Assembly: GCA_965207065.1 (NCBI GenBank)
Contig: OZ242260.1
Span: 3,136,001 to 3,200,000 of the forward strand
DNA: 64,000 bases
Origin: a bacterium
Lineage (GTDB): Bacteria > UBA8248
Direction: 5' to 3'
Below, in pieces: positions 1-9,346 of the stretch (its first letter is position 1; each line of letters opens with the position of its first letter). The notes below the pieces were generated by a model that was given only the letters and a program-made list of their open reading frames with translations, ran no database searches and was not told where the DNA came from. The position numbers were made by a program, and so were the translations under genes.

Positions 1-149
1 CCTGAAGCCTGAGTAGCGATTCATTGCTCAATTCCTTAAGCCTTGCTTCTCCCCGCCAAGAGGCCGAGCCGGGCGGGGCGAGGGCGAAGCCGGGAAGGTC
101 CGAGAGGGTTCCCGGTACGTTCCTATCTCATCTACAGGAGGATATTCAT

Positions 150-2438
150 ATGGCTCAGGTTGAACCGCTTATCCGCTCCATTCCGTTGAACCGGCTGGAA
201 CTCGCACCGGAGAACGTCAGAAAGACGCCGGCCGACCCGGCCGCCTTCGAGGAGCTCAAGGCCTCCATTGCGGCCCACGACCTGCTGGAGAACCTGCTCG
301 TCAGGGTAGAACACCCCGGCGGTGACCCCGGATCGGGTCCGGGACAGGCTCCGACCGATCGCTGCGCCGTGGTCGCCGGCGGACGCCGCCTCGCCGCCAT
401 GAAGGCCCTCGTGGAAGAGGGCGTCCTCGACCCTGACCACCCCGTGCCCTGCCGGGTGACCGAGGCTCATGAAAACGCAGGAGAACTATCGCTCGCCGAG
501 AACGTGGTGCGTGTCGCCATGCACCCCGCCGACCAGGTCGTCGCGTTCGCCGGTCTCGCCGAAGGGGGGGTCTCCGTATCCGCGATCGCGGCGCGCTTCG
601 GCATGACGGAGCGCCTGGTCGAACAGCGCCTGAGTCTCGGCGGCGCCGCGCCCGAGCTGCTCGACGCCTACCGGGCAGGGGAGATGGACCTGGACACCCT
701 GAAAGCCTTCACCGTCACGACCGACCACGCCCGCCAGAGGATGGTCTGGGAGCAGGTGAAAGCCCAGGGCTACCGCCCGAGCGGCTGGCAGGTGAGGGGC
801 AAGCTGACGGAGGAGAGGGTGCCCGCCGTCGCGGCCGTGGCGCGTTTCGTGGGCGAAGAAGCCTACGAGGCGGCTGGCGGGACGCTCACGCGTGACCTGT
901 TCGCGGAAGAGGACGCCCGGGGAATATGGTTCGACGACCCCGTGCTCCTGAATGAACTCGCGACGGAAAAACTCCGGGAAGCGGCGGAAGAACTCGAGAA
1001 GCGCTGGAATTGGGCCGAGGCGGTGCTCGAGGCCGACTGGAGCGCAGTCTCGACGTTCGGGCGGATAAGCCCCGAGCCGGGCGCTCCCACCAATGAGGAG
1101 AAGAGCGAACGGGAGAGCCTGCGCATCCGCCAAGATGAGTTCGCAGATCTGGATGACGACGAGTGGACCGAGGAACACGCCTGTGAGGCCAAAGGGATCG
1201 AGTCGCGCCTCCGTGCGATCGATGAGGCCGTTAGCGCGCGGGCCGCGTTCCTCCCGGGTGACTACAAGTTGGCGGGCTGTATCGCGACAATCGGCCATGA
1301 CGGCGGGCTTAAGATAGTCGAGGGACTCGTGAGGCCCGAGGACATGCCCGAGCGCACGAACGCGGGCGAGGCGAACGGCGCCGACCCGGGCCGGGTGGAC
1401 GCGCCGCTCGCGGCGCCCCCCGACCCGCGCGTTCAGGCGCGCAAGGAGACCGGGATCGGGGTCGGACTCGCCGACGATTTGCGCGCCGTCCGAACGACGC
1501 TCGTCAAGGCGCACTTGTCGGGGGACTTCGAGGCGGCCTTCGACCTGACGCTCTTCCAGTTCGCCCGTGCCGCCTTCTCGGACGGCTACCGGACCGAAGC
1601 CCTGGATATCGTTTTCAAAGAGACATCCGACCGGCCGCTTGCCCGGATGAACGACGAGGACTTCACCGCCTGGAGCCCTGGCGAAGCCATGCTCGAAGAC
1701 CGCTCGGGCCTCTCCCTCGACTGGATGGAAGTCGAAGACGAGGGCGAGTCCTTCGCGAAGATGCGGGCGCTCCCCCTCGATGAGAAACAGGCCATCTTCG
1801 CGGCGGCGGTCGCGCGGTCGCTCAAGGGCCAGCTCTCCTATGAGTCCGATGCCCGGCCCGAACTCGAGGCCACGGTCGCCAGGCTCGATATCGACTTCGC
1901 GAAACACGTGCGGCCCGGCGCCGCGATGTTCTGGTCGCGCATCACGAAAGACCGCATCCTCGCCGTCGCGCGCGCGACGCTGGGCCCCGTCTGGGCCTCC
2001 GCCCGCGCGAAGTACAAAAAGGCGGACCTGGCCCGCGCGATGGAAGAAGCCTTCGCCGCCGACCCGCCCGAAGGACTGAAAGAAAGGGCGCACGCCGCCG
2101 CACTCGCCTGGACGCCGCCCGGCTTCGCGCCCTTCGATACGGGCCGGGTGGAGGAGGCCGGGGATGACGACCCGCCGGCCGAGGAAACCGGACCGGAAGC
2201 CGTCGATGAAGAGGCCTCCGGTGCAGATGGAGGCAACGCTCCCTCCGACCCCGAATCCGGCCCCGCCGCAGACGATACCGCCGGAGGCGACGCCCCGGCG
2301 GGCGGGGACCTCGCCCAGGTGATCGACGCGATGAACGCGGTCCCCACCGCGGACGGGAACCCGAGGGTGATCGTGCAGGGATTCGACGCCGTGAACGGCG
2401 AAGGGACCGATATCCCGGAGTTCCTGCGCGGGGACTGA
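150..2438 (+). CDS. ParB/Srx N-terminal domain protein (leading-region ParB-like), long acidic C-terminal tail
   Basis: ParB-N motifs ENVRK, ELKASIAAHDLLENLLV, VVAGGRRLAA, SLAENVVR..MHPADQ, then an HTH. RBS AGGAGG precedes ATG 150. Confidence 0.9.
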   Translation: MAQVEPLIRSIPLNRLELAPENVRKTPADPAAFEELKASIAAHDLLENLLVRVEHPGGDPGSGPGQAPTDRCAVVAGGRRLAAMKALVEEGVLDPDHPVPCRVTEAHENAGELSLAENVVRVAMHPADQVVAFAGLAEGGVSVSAIAARFGMTERLVEQRLSLGGAAPELLDAYRAGEMDLDTLKAFTVTTDHARQRMVWEQVKAQGYRPSGWQVRGKLTEERVPAVAAVARFVGEEAYEAAGGTLTRDLFAEEDARGIWFDDPVLLNELATEKLREAAEELEKRWNWAEAVLEADWSAVSTFGRISPEPGAPTNEEKSERESLRIRQDEFADLDDDEWTEEHACEAKGIESRLRAIDEAVSARAAFLPGDYKLAGCIATIGHDGGLKIVEGLVRPEDMPERTNAGEANGADPGRVDAPLAAPPDPRVQARKETGIGVGLADDLRAVRTTLVKAHLSGDFEAAFDLTLFQFARAAFSDGYRTEALDIVFKETSDRPLARMNDEDFTAWSPGEAMLEDRSGLSLDWMEVEDEGESFAKMRALPLDEKQAIFAAAVARSLKGQLSYESDARPELEATVARLDIDFAKHVRPGAAMFWSRITKDRILAVARATLGPVWASARAKYKKADLARAMEEAFAADPPEGLKERAHAAALAWTPPGFAPFDTGRVEEAGDDDPPAEETGPEAVDEEASGADGGNAPSDPESGPAADDTAGGDAPAGGDLAQVIDAMNAVPTADGNPRVIVQGFDAVNGEGTDIPEFLRGD

Positions 2439-2460
2439 CCCGCAAACACGTCCAGAACGG

Positions 2461-2497
2461 CGCCCCGCGGCATTTGCTGCGGGGCGCTTTTTCGTTT
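2461..2497 (+). terminator. Intrinsic terminator-like hairpin after the ParB-like gene
   Basis: CGCCCCGCGGCA-TT-TGCTGCGGGGCG followed by CTTTTTCGTTTT. Confidence 0.65.
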
Positions 2498-2520
2498 TCA
2501 CGTCTAAAGGAGTCCAGGAC

Positions 2521-4230
2521 ATGAACGATACACCGAATGCTACGCCGCACCCCGATCGGATCCGCGCCCGGATCCACGAGGGCGCCCTTCATCGCGTCAC
2601 GAGGATGTACACGGCGCGGCTCGCCGACGTCTTCACCGAGGCGCTCCAGAACAGCCGCCGGTCGGGAGCGACGCGCCTCCGCGTCACCATCGAGGAGACG
2701 TCCGGCGCGCAGGCCGTCACCATCACCGACGACGGGGCCGGGATCGCCGACCCCGCCGTGCTCCTCTCCTTCGGCGAGAACGGCTGGAGCGAGGAACTGG
2801 TGAGGCGCGAGGACGCAGCCGGGATGGGGTTTTTGAGCCTCGCGCGCCGCGGCTGCACGGTCGCGTCGAGGGCGTGCCCGGGCGCCGGCTGGCGCGTCGA
2901 ACTCACGCCCGCCCACTTCCTGGGAGAGGCGGAGGCGATAGTCGTCCCCGATGAGGAGGCGCCCCGCCCCCACGGGACGGCGGTGCGCTTTCATACGGAA
3001 GAGAATCGAGAGGTCATCCGGCGCGCGCTCGAGAACGCGGCCCGGCACTATCCCCTCCCGGTCGCGCTCAACGGCGAGGCCCTCCCGCGCCGGGACTTCT
3101 TCGAAAACGCCGTCCACACCGAGTCCTGGCGAGGCCTCGCCTTCGGCGTCTTCGCGGACAGAAGCCGCTACCGCGACGAACCGGACCTCAACTTCCACGG
3201 CCTGATCCTGCCGGTCCGCCTGCCCACCGTCCATCCGGTCGACGGTCCGGCCTGGTCGGTACGCGCCGATGTCCGGGACTGTCCCGGACTCGAACTCGTC
3301 CTGCCCGCGCGCAAGGAAGCGGTCGAGACGCCCTTCCTGGAGGAGATGCGCGAAGCCGCGCGGATCGCGGTCTACCGGGCGATGGGCAAGGCCGAGACCG
3401 CGCCGGTCATCGGGTTCGGGGAGTGGAAGCGCGCGCGGGCGGCCGGGGTCGAACTGCCGGCGCCGTCGCCCGCGCTCCGCCCCTGGCGGCCTCCCATCGC
3501 CGATATCGACAACTGGCTCGCGGGACCGTCTCCCGAACCCCTGCCCGAAGACGCGCTCGTTATGGATACGGAACTCGAACCCCCAGAAGCGCAGGCGCTC
3601 TGGCGCGCCGCCGAGCGCGGCGGAACGGCGCCGAGGCTCTTCGAGGCCGACCGGAGGTTCGAGGGATACCCCTGGTACGACGCCCTCCCACGCGTCAAGG
3701 ACGTCTGCACCGATGTCGCGGCAGGCGGCGAAGCCCGTCCGCTCGAAGATTTTCAGGCCCCGCCCGAGCGGTCAGGACCGTCCAATGAGCCTTTCCCGAG
3801 GCCGGACGCGATCCGCATGAGCCTGGCCGTCGAGGGCCCGGAAGGTATGAGCGAGACCCTTACGCTCGACGCCGACCTCGCCTTCGCGGGCGAGGCCTGG
3901 GCCTGGCTCGCAGACGTCCGGCCGCTCGTCACGGTAGGGAGCGCCATCGAACCGGCCGAACTCGCCGACGTCCTGCGCGACGCCTGGTTTTCGCCATCGG
4001 ACGAGGCGGACGCCGACAGCTGGGAGACGCAGCGCGCCCGCTTCGAGGAGGAAGCCCTGCACCTGGCCATCGGTCTCCTGTGCTCGGAAGAGGAGGCGCT
4101 CAGGCGCACGATCGCCTGTGCGGTGCGGCGCGAACTGTTCTGGCTCATCCCCAGGGACCGCGCCGTCACCATCACCGTGCGAGGCGGCGCCGTCGGCATC
4201 GACCTGGCCGAAGAGGAGGTATCTCCATGA
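2521..4230 (+). CDS. GHKL (HATPase_c-like) ATP-binding protein
   Basis: Bergerat-fold motifs EALQNSRRSGA, ITDDGAGI, AAGMGF, HGTAVRF. RBS AAGGAG. Confidence 0.8.
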   Translation: MNDTPNATPHPDRIRARIHEGALHRVTRMYTARLADVFTEALQNSRRSGATRLRVTIEETSGAQAVTITDDGAGIADPAVLLSFGENGWSEELVRREDAAGMGFLSLARRGCTVASRACPGAGWRVELTPAHFLGEAEAIVVPDEEAPRPHGTAVRFHTEENREVIRRALENAARHYPLPVALNGEALPRRDFFENAVHTESWRGLAFGVFADRSRYRDEPDLNFHGLILPVRLPTVHPVDGPAWSVRADVRDCPGLELVLPARKEAVETPFLEEMREAARIAVYRAMGKAETAPVIGFGEWKRARAAGVELPAPSPALRPWRPPIADIDNWLAGPSPEPLPEDALVMDTELEPPEAQALWRAAERGGTAPRLFEADRRFEGYPWYDALPRVKDVCTDVAAGGEARPLEDFQAPPERSGPSNEPFPRPDAIRMSLAVEGPEGMSETLTLDADLAFAGEAWAWLADVRPLVTVGSAIEPAELADVLRDAWFSPSDEADADSWETQRARFEEEALHLAIGLLCSEEEALRRTIACAVRRELFWLIPRDRAVTITVRGGAVGIDLAEEEVSP

Positions 4231-4679
4231 AAAAGCCCTGGACCGTCCGGTGCGGATACGCGGCCCGCTTCACAGATACGCTCACCGTGGAGGCGGAGAC
4301 CCTCGAGGAGGCGCTGGAAAAGGCCGTCGAGAACGCCCATGCGGACCGGCGGCCGAACGTTCGTTGCCGCAGGGTTTTCGTGGACGCCGCCTGGGAAGGC
4401 GCCGATCCCCGGGACCCGGACGCGGCGTGGCCGGTTCCCGACCGCTTCAGCGAGCGGGGCGAACCGCCGATCATCACCCTGACCGATCCCGGCGGGGCGG
4501 GCGGCGGCGCCGTCGAGGTGTCACGGGGCCGGGTCCTGCTCCGCTTCGAGACACCTGGCGCCACGCTCACGAGCGAGCTCTCCGATCCGCCCCACCCGCC
4601 CGGCAACAAGCCCCTCGTGACAATCCGCCGCCGCCCAGACGGTGCGCCCGACGTCACCGCTATGGTGAACTCACCATAA
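4227..4679 (+). pseudogene. Hypothetical protein, 3' end split by the RIT insertion (original tail at 8398-8438)
   Basis: RBS GAGGAGG and ATGA overlap with the upstream gene. Joining 4659 to 8398 restores ...PDVT-VTDGRARVRILGF-stop in frame. Confidence 0.75.
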
Positions 4680-4767
4680 CGGTGACTATGGCATGTCACT
4701 GACTATGGAGAGTTGAAGCGCCAAGGCCCTGATATCCTTTGATATCAGGGCCAATCTGCTCTCCATA
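4679..4767 (+). repeat. RIT left inverted repeat (89 bp)
   Basis: Reverse complement of 8310-8398 with one mismatch. Contains the hairpin GGCCCTGATATC-CTTT-GATATCAGGGCC. Confidence 0.95.
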
Positions 4768-4769
4768 AA

Positions 4770-5771
4770 TTACGCTTTCTTGAGTTCGTCCAGCATCGCC
4801 ATCAATTCGTCGGGAACATTCCTGAAGTCGCCCTTCCTGATATTCGGCGGTACCATGCCTGCCAGTATTTCTAGCCGCGTGCTCGGATCTCCCCGAACGT
4901 AGATTTCAGTTGTCTTCGCACTGGAATGTCCCAACCAAAGTGATACTTTGTGCACGCTGCTATTCGTGACCTCGAGGGCGTGCATTGCGCACGAATGGCG
5001 GATGACATGCGGACTAACCCGCTTTCCGACCAGCGATGGTATCGATTGCCTTGCAACAGCGACATGCAAAGCCAATCGATGCGCAAAACCATGTCGGCTC
5101 ATGCCCTTGCCCCGGGCGTTGAGGAAGAGATGATCATGCGTATCGTCCGGGCGGATCTCGAGCCAGTCTCGAAGTAGAGACTGCGTTATTTTCCACAACG
5201 GAAGTATGCGTTGGCGTCGTCCTTTCCCCATAACGTGCACTGTTTCGAGATTATGTCCGAGATCCTGGCACTTCAGGCCAATCGCTTCGGAGACCCTCAA
5301 TCCCGCCGAGTACGTAAGGTAGAGCATTGCTCGATCCCGCACGCCAGTTGTGGTTTTGGTATCGGGTGCGTCGAGAATGGCCTGCAGTTCATCCAACTCC
5401 AGGTAATCGACCAACACTTGGTCAAAGCGCTTAATCGGGATCGCATCGACTCGCTGCGCCAGTTCGAGGCACTGCGGAACCTTGAATTCCAGATAACGGA
5501 AGAAGGACTTGATCGCCACAAGCCGTAAGTTGCGCGTGCGGGCGCTATTGTTCCGTTCTCTCTCGAGTGAATCGAGGAAGTCGAGGATGAGCTGCACGCT
5601 GAGTTGCTCGATTGCGATTCGGCAAGGTCGTTTTCCAAGCTTCTCTGCGGCGAAGCCAACCAGCAACTTAAAGCTGAATGCATAGCTAGCAATCGTATGG
5701 CGGCTAGCCCGTCGGTCGCGGGGCAGATGCTCACAAAGGAACACAGTGACGTGAGGAGCAAGATCGGTCAT
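4770..5771 (-). CDS. Tyrosine recombinase RitC-like
   Basis: AGLRVSE, GKGRRQR, HVIRH, LGH, TEIY catalytic motifs. ATGA overlap with the RitB-like stop. Confidence 0.92.
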   Translation of the reverse strand: MTDLAPHVTVFLCEHLPRDRRASRHTIASYAFSFKLLVGFAAEKLGKRPCRIAIEQLSVQLILDFLDSLERERNNSARTRNLRLVAIKSFFRYLEFKVPQCLELAQRVDAIPIKRFDQVLVDYLELDELQAILDAPDTKTTTGVRDRAMLYLTYSAGLRVSEAIGLKCQDLGHNLETVHVMGKGRRQRILPLWKITQSLLRDWLEIRPDDTHDHLFLNARGKGMSRHGFAHRLALHVAVARQSIPSLVGKRVSPHVIRHSCAMHALEVTNSSVHKVSLWLGHSSAKTTEIYVRGDPSTRLEILAGMVPPNIRKGDFRNVPDELMAMLDELKKA

Positions 5772-6691
5772 TGCCCAACCCTCCTCTGATATCCGCGTTC
5801 CATTGCGTCGGAGATTGACTTGAGGAGGACAGGCGTCGCTTCCAGATACCAGTACGTACTCCATACGTTGGCGTGGCCGAGATAGGTACTCAACCCGAGC
5901 ATGTGTCGGCTCACCGTATCCCGGTCTTTTCCATTTAGTGTTTCCAGTGACCTTACCGCGAAGCTGTGACGCAAGCTGTGAAGAGTAGGACCCTTTGTTC
6001 CCGGTCCGTCCTTGATGCCGACTTTTCGAGCGAGAATTCTGAAGATCTCAGAGATGTACCCGGGGGTAGTCGGCTTGCCGTCTGCCAGAACGAATAGGTG
6101 TTCGTTCGCCCCGCCGATCAGTTTCCTAATCTCCAGATACCGTTCGAGCGCCGTGCGAGCCGTCAGGTGCAACGGTACAAGCCTTGACTTATCAAACTTC
6201 GTTTCTCGAATCACAAGTCCGTCAGAAGTGACATCGGTAAACAGGAGTGATGTTGCCTCACTTACCCGCATGCCCGTCGCCGCGAGAAGCCCGATCATGA
6301 AGTGAAAGGTATACGGATTGATCGAAGCGACTGGCGGAACAGCGAGTGCGGCTTCCATCACTCGTTCTATCTGGTGCGGTGTCAGCAGGCTCGGCGTGGG
6401 CCGTATTCGCATCCTCCGGCCGACAGCATTTCTAGGCAGAACCTCATGGCGTTCGTCCTCAGCACTGAGCCACAAGGAAAACTTCCGAAAGGTCTCTCGA
6501 TGTCTTATCGCTCCCTCGAAGGACCGTTCCCTCGCGGCGCATTCAAGCATTCGGTCACAACGCGTAAATCGGTCTCCGTGATCGTCCGCGAATTCGGCAT
6601 AGCGCTGCAGATACCACTCCTCTTTCTGGTACGAGTAGCCAAGATTTCGTTTCATCTCTAGAAAGCGTTCGATGTGTTGCATCATTGTCAT
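5768..6691 (-). CDS. Tyrosine recombinase RitB-like
   Basis: TGMRVSE, ETKFDKSRLVP, HSLRH, LSTYLGH..TYWYL. Confidence 0.92.
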   Translation of the reverse strand: MTMMQHIERFLEMKRNLGYSYQKEEWYLQRYAEFADDHGDRFTRCDRMLECAARERSFEGAIRHRETFRKFSLWLSAEDERHEVLPRNAVGRRMRIRPTPSLLTPHQIERVMEAALAVPPVASINPYTFHFMIGLLAATGMRVSEATSLLFTDVTSDGLVIRETKFDKSRLVPLHLTARTALERYLEIRKLIGGANEHLFVLADGKPTTPGYISEIFRILARKVGIKDGPGTKGPTLHSLRHSFAVRSLETLNGKDRDTVSRHMLGLSTYLGHANVWSTYWYLEATPVLLKSISDAMERGYQRRVGQ

Positions 6692-8268
6692 CGCGCACCT
6701 CCAATCCAAGGCTGCGCGATCTCTTGCAGCATGGGCACATTCACCTTGGCGTAAATCGCGGTTGTTTCGGCCGATTCGTGTCGGAGCATTGCACCGATGA
6801 ACTCCATCGATGCGCCTGACCGAAGTAGATGCGTCGCGAAGGAGTGGCGGATCAAGTGAGCGCCTCGACCGCCCGGGCTATCCACTCCAGCGCGCTTCAA
6901 TGCACTTTCCACTACGTTGGAGACGGCGGAAGAGTCCGCGAAGGGACGGTTTGGCGCTTTCGCGCGCAGAAAGACGATGTCGGTGTTCACGCGTGGCCGA
7001 GCCTTGCAAATGTACTCAAGAAGCGCATCTCCAACGTCTTGCGGAAGAGGTAGAGCGGCAGGTTGTTTTGATTTCCCATGGACGTAAAGTCGTGCGTTCT
7101 TCCAGTCGATGTTGGTAAATCGCAATTGGTGCACATCACCGGCTCGTAAACCCAACCGTGCCAACAAAAGCAAGATCGCTTTGTCACGCATTCCGACAAA
7201 TCGTTCGGTGTCGCAAGATGCTATCAATCGTTCTACGTCTTCTATGGGAATGTAGCGTGGAAGCGTCGAGAGTCGCCGCCATGGCGATGTCGTAATTGTT
7301 CTGATAAGCCTCGGAGAACAATCTCCTCGGGACGCGAGATATCGGAGATACATTCGCAAGGAACAGGCCAGTTGCTTTGATTTGTGATGGGAAGATCTCT
7401 CGAAGTGATGAAGCAGCACTTCTCGGATTAGAGCCGCGTTGTATTGGCTCGGGTCAGTACCCAGGTCTTGAAGTAGTGAATGAACACTACGTTCGTGATG
7501 TTCAATGGTAGAAGCGCGGATACCACGGTTCTGTTTAAGCCAACGCCGGAATTCGGTCAAATTGGCGTACTTCCGTGGCTTCGAACCGCTCCGGTGACCT
7601 TGCGCTAATCCACGATCCTCAAAGAACTCTGTGACCTTCCGAAGGATGTGGAGAATCTCGGACATGCGTTTCGGGGAGACCTTCCTAGGCTTTTCATAGG
7701 GGCGCGGGCATACGCAGTCATGGGCAAGGAATTTATCCAGGGTGTCAGGTGTTATGGCGCGTATCGGGATCCTTGACCCGTGTAGCCAGACAAGAAAGTG
7801 CTCGGATGTGTTCTTGTAAGAACGGACGGTGTTGTGACTATAACCCGATGCTTCCAGCTCCCCCAGGAACTGCTCCAGGATTTGGTCACCTAGCTGCAAC
7901 TCTCCGGGATGTTCTGTCCGTCCAGTACTCTCAAGGAACCGGATAAAGTCATGAAGTCCCTTCAAATGTTCCCGAAGTGTCAGACGGGTTTGTCTATTCC
8001 ATGGGTGTCGAAGCATTCGCACGACGCAGCCACAATCATGGTCTCGAAAACATCGAAGCGTTGTGTCATCGATCACCTTCAGCAGATAACCGTTTTGATC
8101 CATCCATATTAGGAAGTGTCGGGCGTAATGGACAAATCGTCGAATTAGCTCCTCACGGCCGCGCTTTCTCTTTATCAGGCTCATGGCGAATTCAGACAGG
8201 ATCTGTTCGATTTGGTTATTGTTGGTTGGCCCTGAGCCGCGAATTTTCGTCTTCGGTCGCATCTTCAT
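6688..8268 (-). CDS. Tyrosine recombinase RitA-like with N-terminal extension
   Basis: LARLGLRAGDV, HGKS, HLIRHSFAT, LRH..TTAIYAKV, C-terminal QPW. The N-terminal part has two HDCxC-containing repeats. Confidence 0.9.
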   Translation of the reverse strand: MKMRPKTKIRGSGPTNNNQIEQILSEFAMSLIKRKRGREELIRRFVHYARHFLIWMDQNGYLLKVIDDTTLRCFRDHDCGCVVRMLRHPWNRQTRLTLREHLKGLHDFIRFLESTGRTEHPGELQLGDQILEQFLGELEASGYSHNTVRSYKNTSEHFLVWLHGSRIPIRAITPDTLDKFLAHDCVCPRPYEKPRKVSPKRMSEILHILRKVTEFFEDRGLAQGHRSGSKPRKYANLTEFRRWLKQNRGIRASTIEHHERSVHSLLQDLGTDPSQYNAALIREVLLHHFERSSHHKSKQLACSLRMYLRYLASRGDCSPRLIRTITTSPWRRLSTLPRYIPIEDVERLIASCDTERFVGMRDKAILLLLARLGLRAGDVHQLRFTNIDWKNARLYVHGKSKQPAALPLPQDVGDALLEYICKARPRVNTDIVFLRAKAPNRPFADSSAVSNVVESALKRAGVDSPGGRGAHLIRHSFATHLLRSGASMEFIGAMLRHESAETTAIYAKVNVPMLQEIAQPWIGGAR

Positions 8269-8309
8269 TCTCCTCTGTGAGTGAAGTGAAGCAAGGAGAA
8301 CGTTATCAC

Positions 8310-8398
8310 TATGGAGAGCAGATTGGCCCTGATATCAAAGGATATCAGGGCCTTGGCGCTTCAACTCTCCATAGTCAGTGACTTGCCATAGTCACCGT
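8310..8398 (-). repeat. RIT right inverted repeat (89 bp)
   Basis: Reverse complement of 4679-4767 with one mismatch. Confidence 0.95.
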
Positions 8399-8486
8399 GA
8401 CCGATGGCCGGGCGCGGGTCCGGATTCTCGGCTTCTGAGCCCCACGCAGTCAGATCTTCCCACATCCATCCTGCAAATAGAGGAGA

Positions 8487-8876
8487 ATGCCGATGGAACT
8501 CGTCACACCGGAACAGCGCGAAACGCTGCTCGCAAACGGGGCCAAGCGCGGCGCCGACCACGTCCCCCTGGTCAAGCTCTTCAACCCCTGCGGCGCAGGG
8601 ACCTGGCTCGTGACCGAACTCGACACGGAAGACGCATCCATAGCCTTCGGCTTGGCCGATCTCGGCTTCGGCACACCGGAGATCGGGAGCTTCAGCCTCA
8701 CCGAACTCGAAGCCTTCCAGGGGCCGTTCGGCCTGGGGATCGAGCGCGACCTGTATTTCGAAGGAAAATTCAGCCTCTCCGCCTACGCCGAGGCCGCCCG
8801 CAATGCGGGCCGCATCGTCGAATACGGCCCCGAACTCGACGCCGCCGGGCGCCGGGGCCCGGCCGTCACCCGCTGA
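8487..8876 (+). CDS. DUF2958 family protein
   Basis: PLVKLFNPCGAGTWLVTELD..AFGLADLGFGTPEIGSFSLTEL..GLGIERDLYF. Confidence 0.88.
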   Translation: MPMELVTPEQRETLLANGAKRGADHVPLVKLFNPCGAGTWLVTELDTEDASIAFGLADLGFGTPEIGSFSLTELEAFQGPFGLGIERDLYFEGKFSLSAYAEAARNAGRIVEYGPELDAAGRRGPAVTR

Positions 8877-8911
8877 AATATCCGTTTCCCTTTTTCATTC
8901 TGGAGAGAACC

Positions 8912-9229
8912 ATGCCCGACACCGAATCCCGGACTGCGACCACACACCCCATGGACCCGAGGCGCGGGGAAAGCCTCTCGCCCATGTTTCAGGCCTTCCT
9001 CTGCTGGCTCCTCGACCTGCCGCCCATGACGGAGCCCGCCATCACGGGCGTCGCCCTCGCGGGGGACAGCGTCCTCGCCGCCACGGATGCAGATCCATTC
9101 TTCAACGCGCACCTCGGGAGCCTCGGGGACTTCGAGCGCAACCTCAGGGGCTGGGGCGAGGCGTGCGGCGCCGACGCCGCTACGGTCGAGAGCCTCGTCA
9201 CGAAGCTCCGAAGCGCCGGACGGACCTGA
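8912..9229 (+). CDS. Hypothetical protein
   Basis: RBS GGAGAG, co-oriented with neighbours, GC-rich codon usage like the backbone. Confidence 0.65.
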   Translation: MPDTESRTATTHPMDPRRGESLSPMFQAFLCWLLDLPPMTEPAITGVALAGDSVLAATDADPFFNAHLGSLGDFERNLRGWGEACGADAATVESLVTKLRSAGRT

Positions 9230-9346
9230 CCCGCATTCACACCGGGTAGAGGCCGAGTCCGGTCGGCCCAAGGCGTTCCGGGAGGTCCCGGGGGAGCGAT
9301 CCCCCGGACGGCCTCCCTCATTCCCACGACAAGCGAGGAGAGAGCC

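Larger units (their letters stand above)
4653..8398 (-). mobile_element. RIT element (recombinases in trio)
   Basis: Three overlapping tyrosine recombinase genes, lower GC than the flanks, 89-bp inverted repeats, and GTCACCG at both junctions. Confidence 0.92.

Noticed and set aside
486-3234. Long antisense ORFs (678 aa, 430 aa) and many similar shadow ORFs across the GC-rich blocks
   Set aside because: They mirror well-supported genes on the opposite strand or frame, carry no motifs, and are expected at high GC
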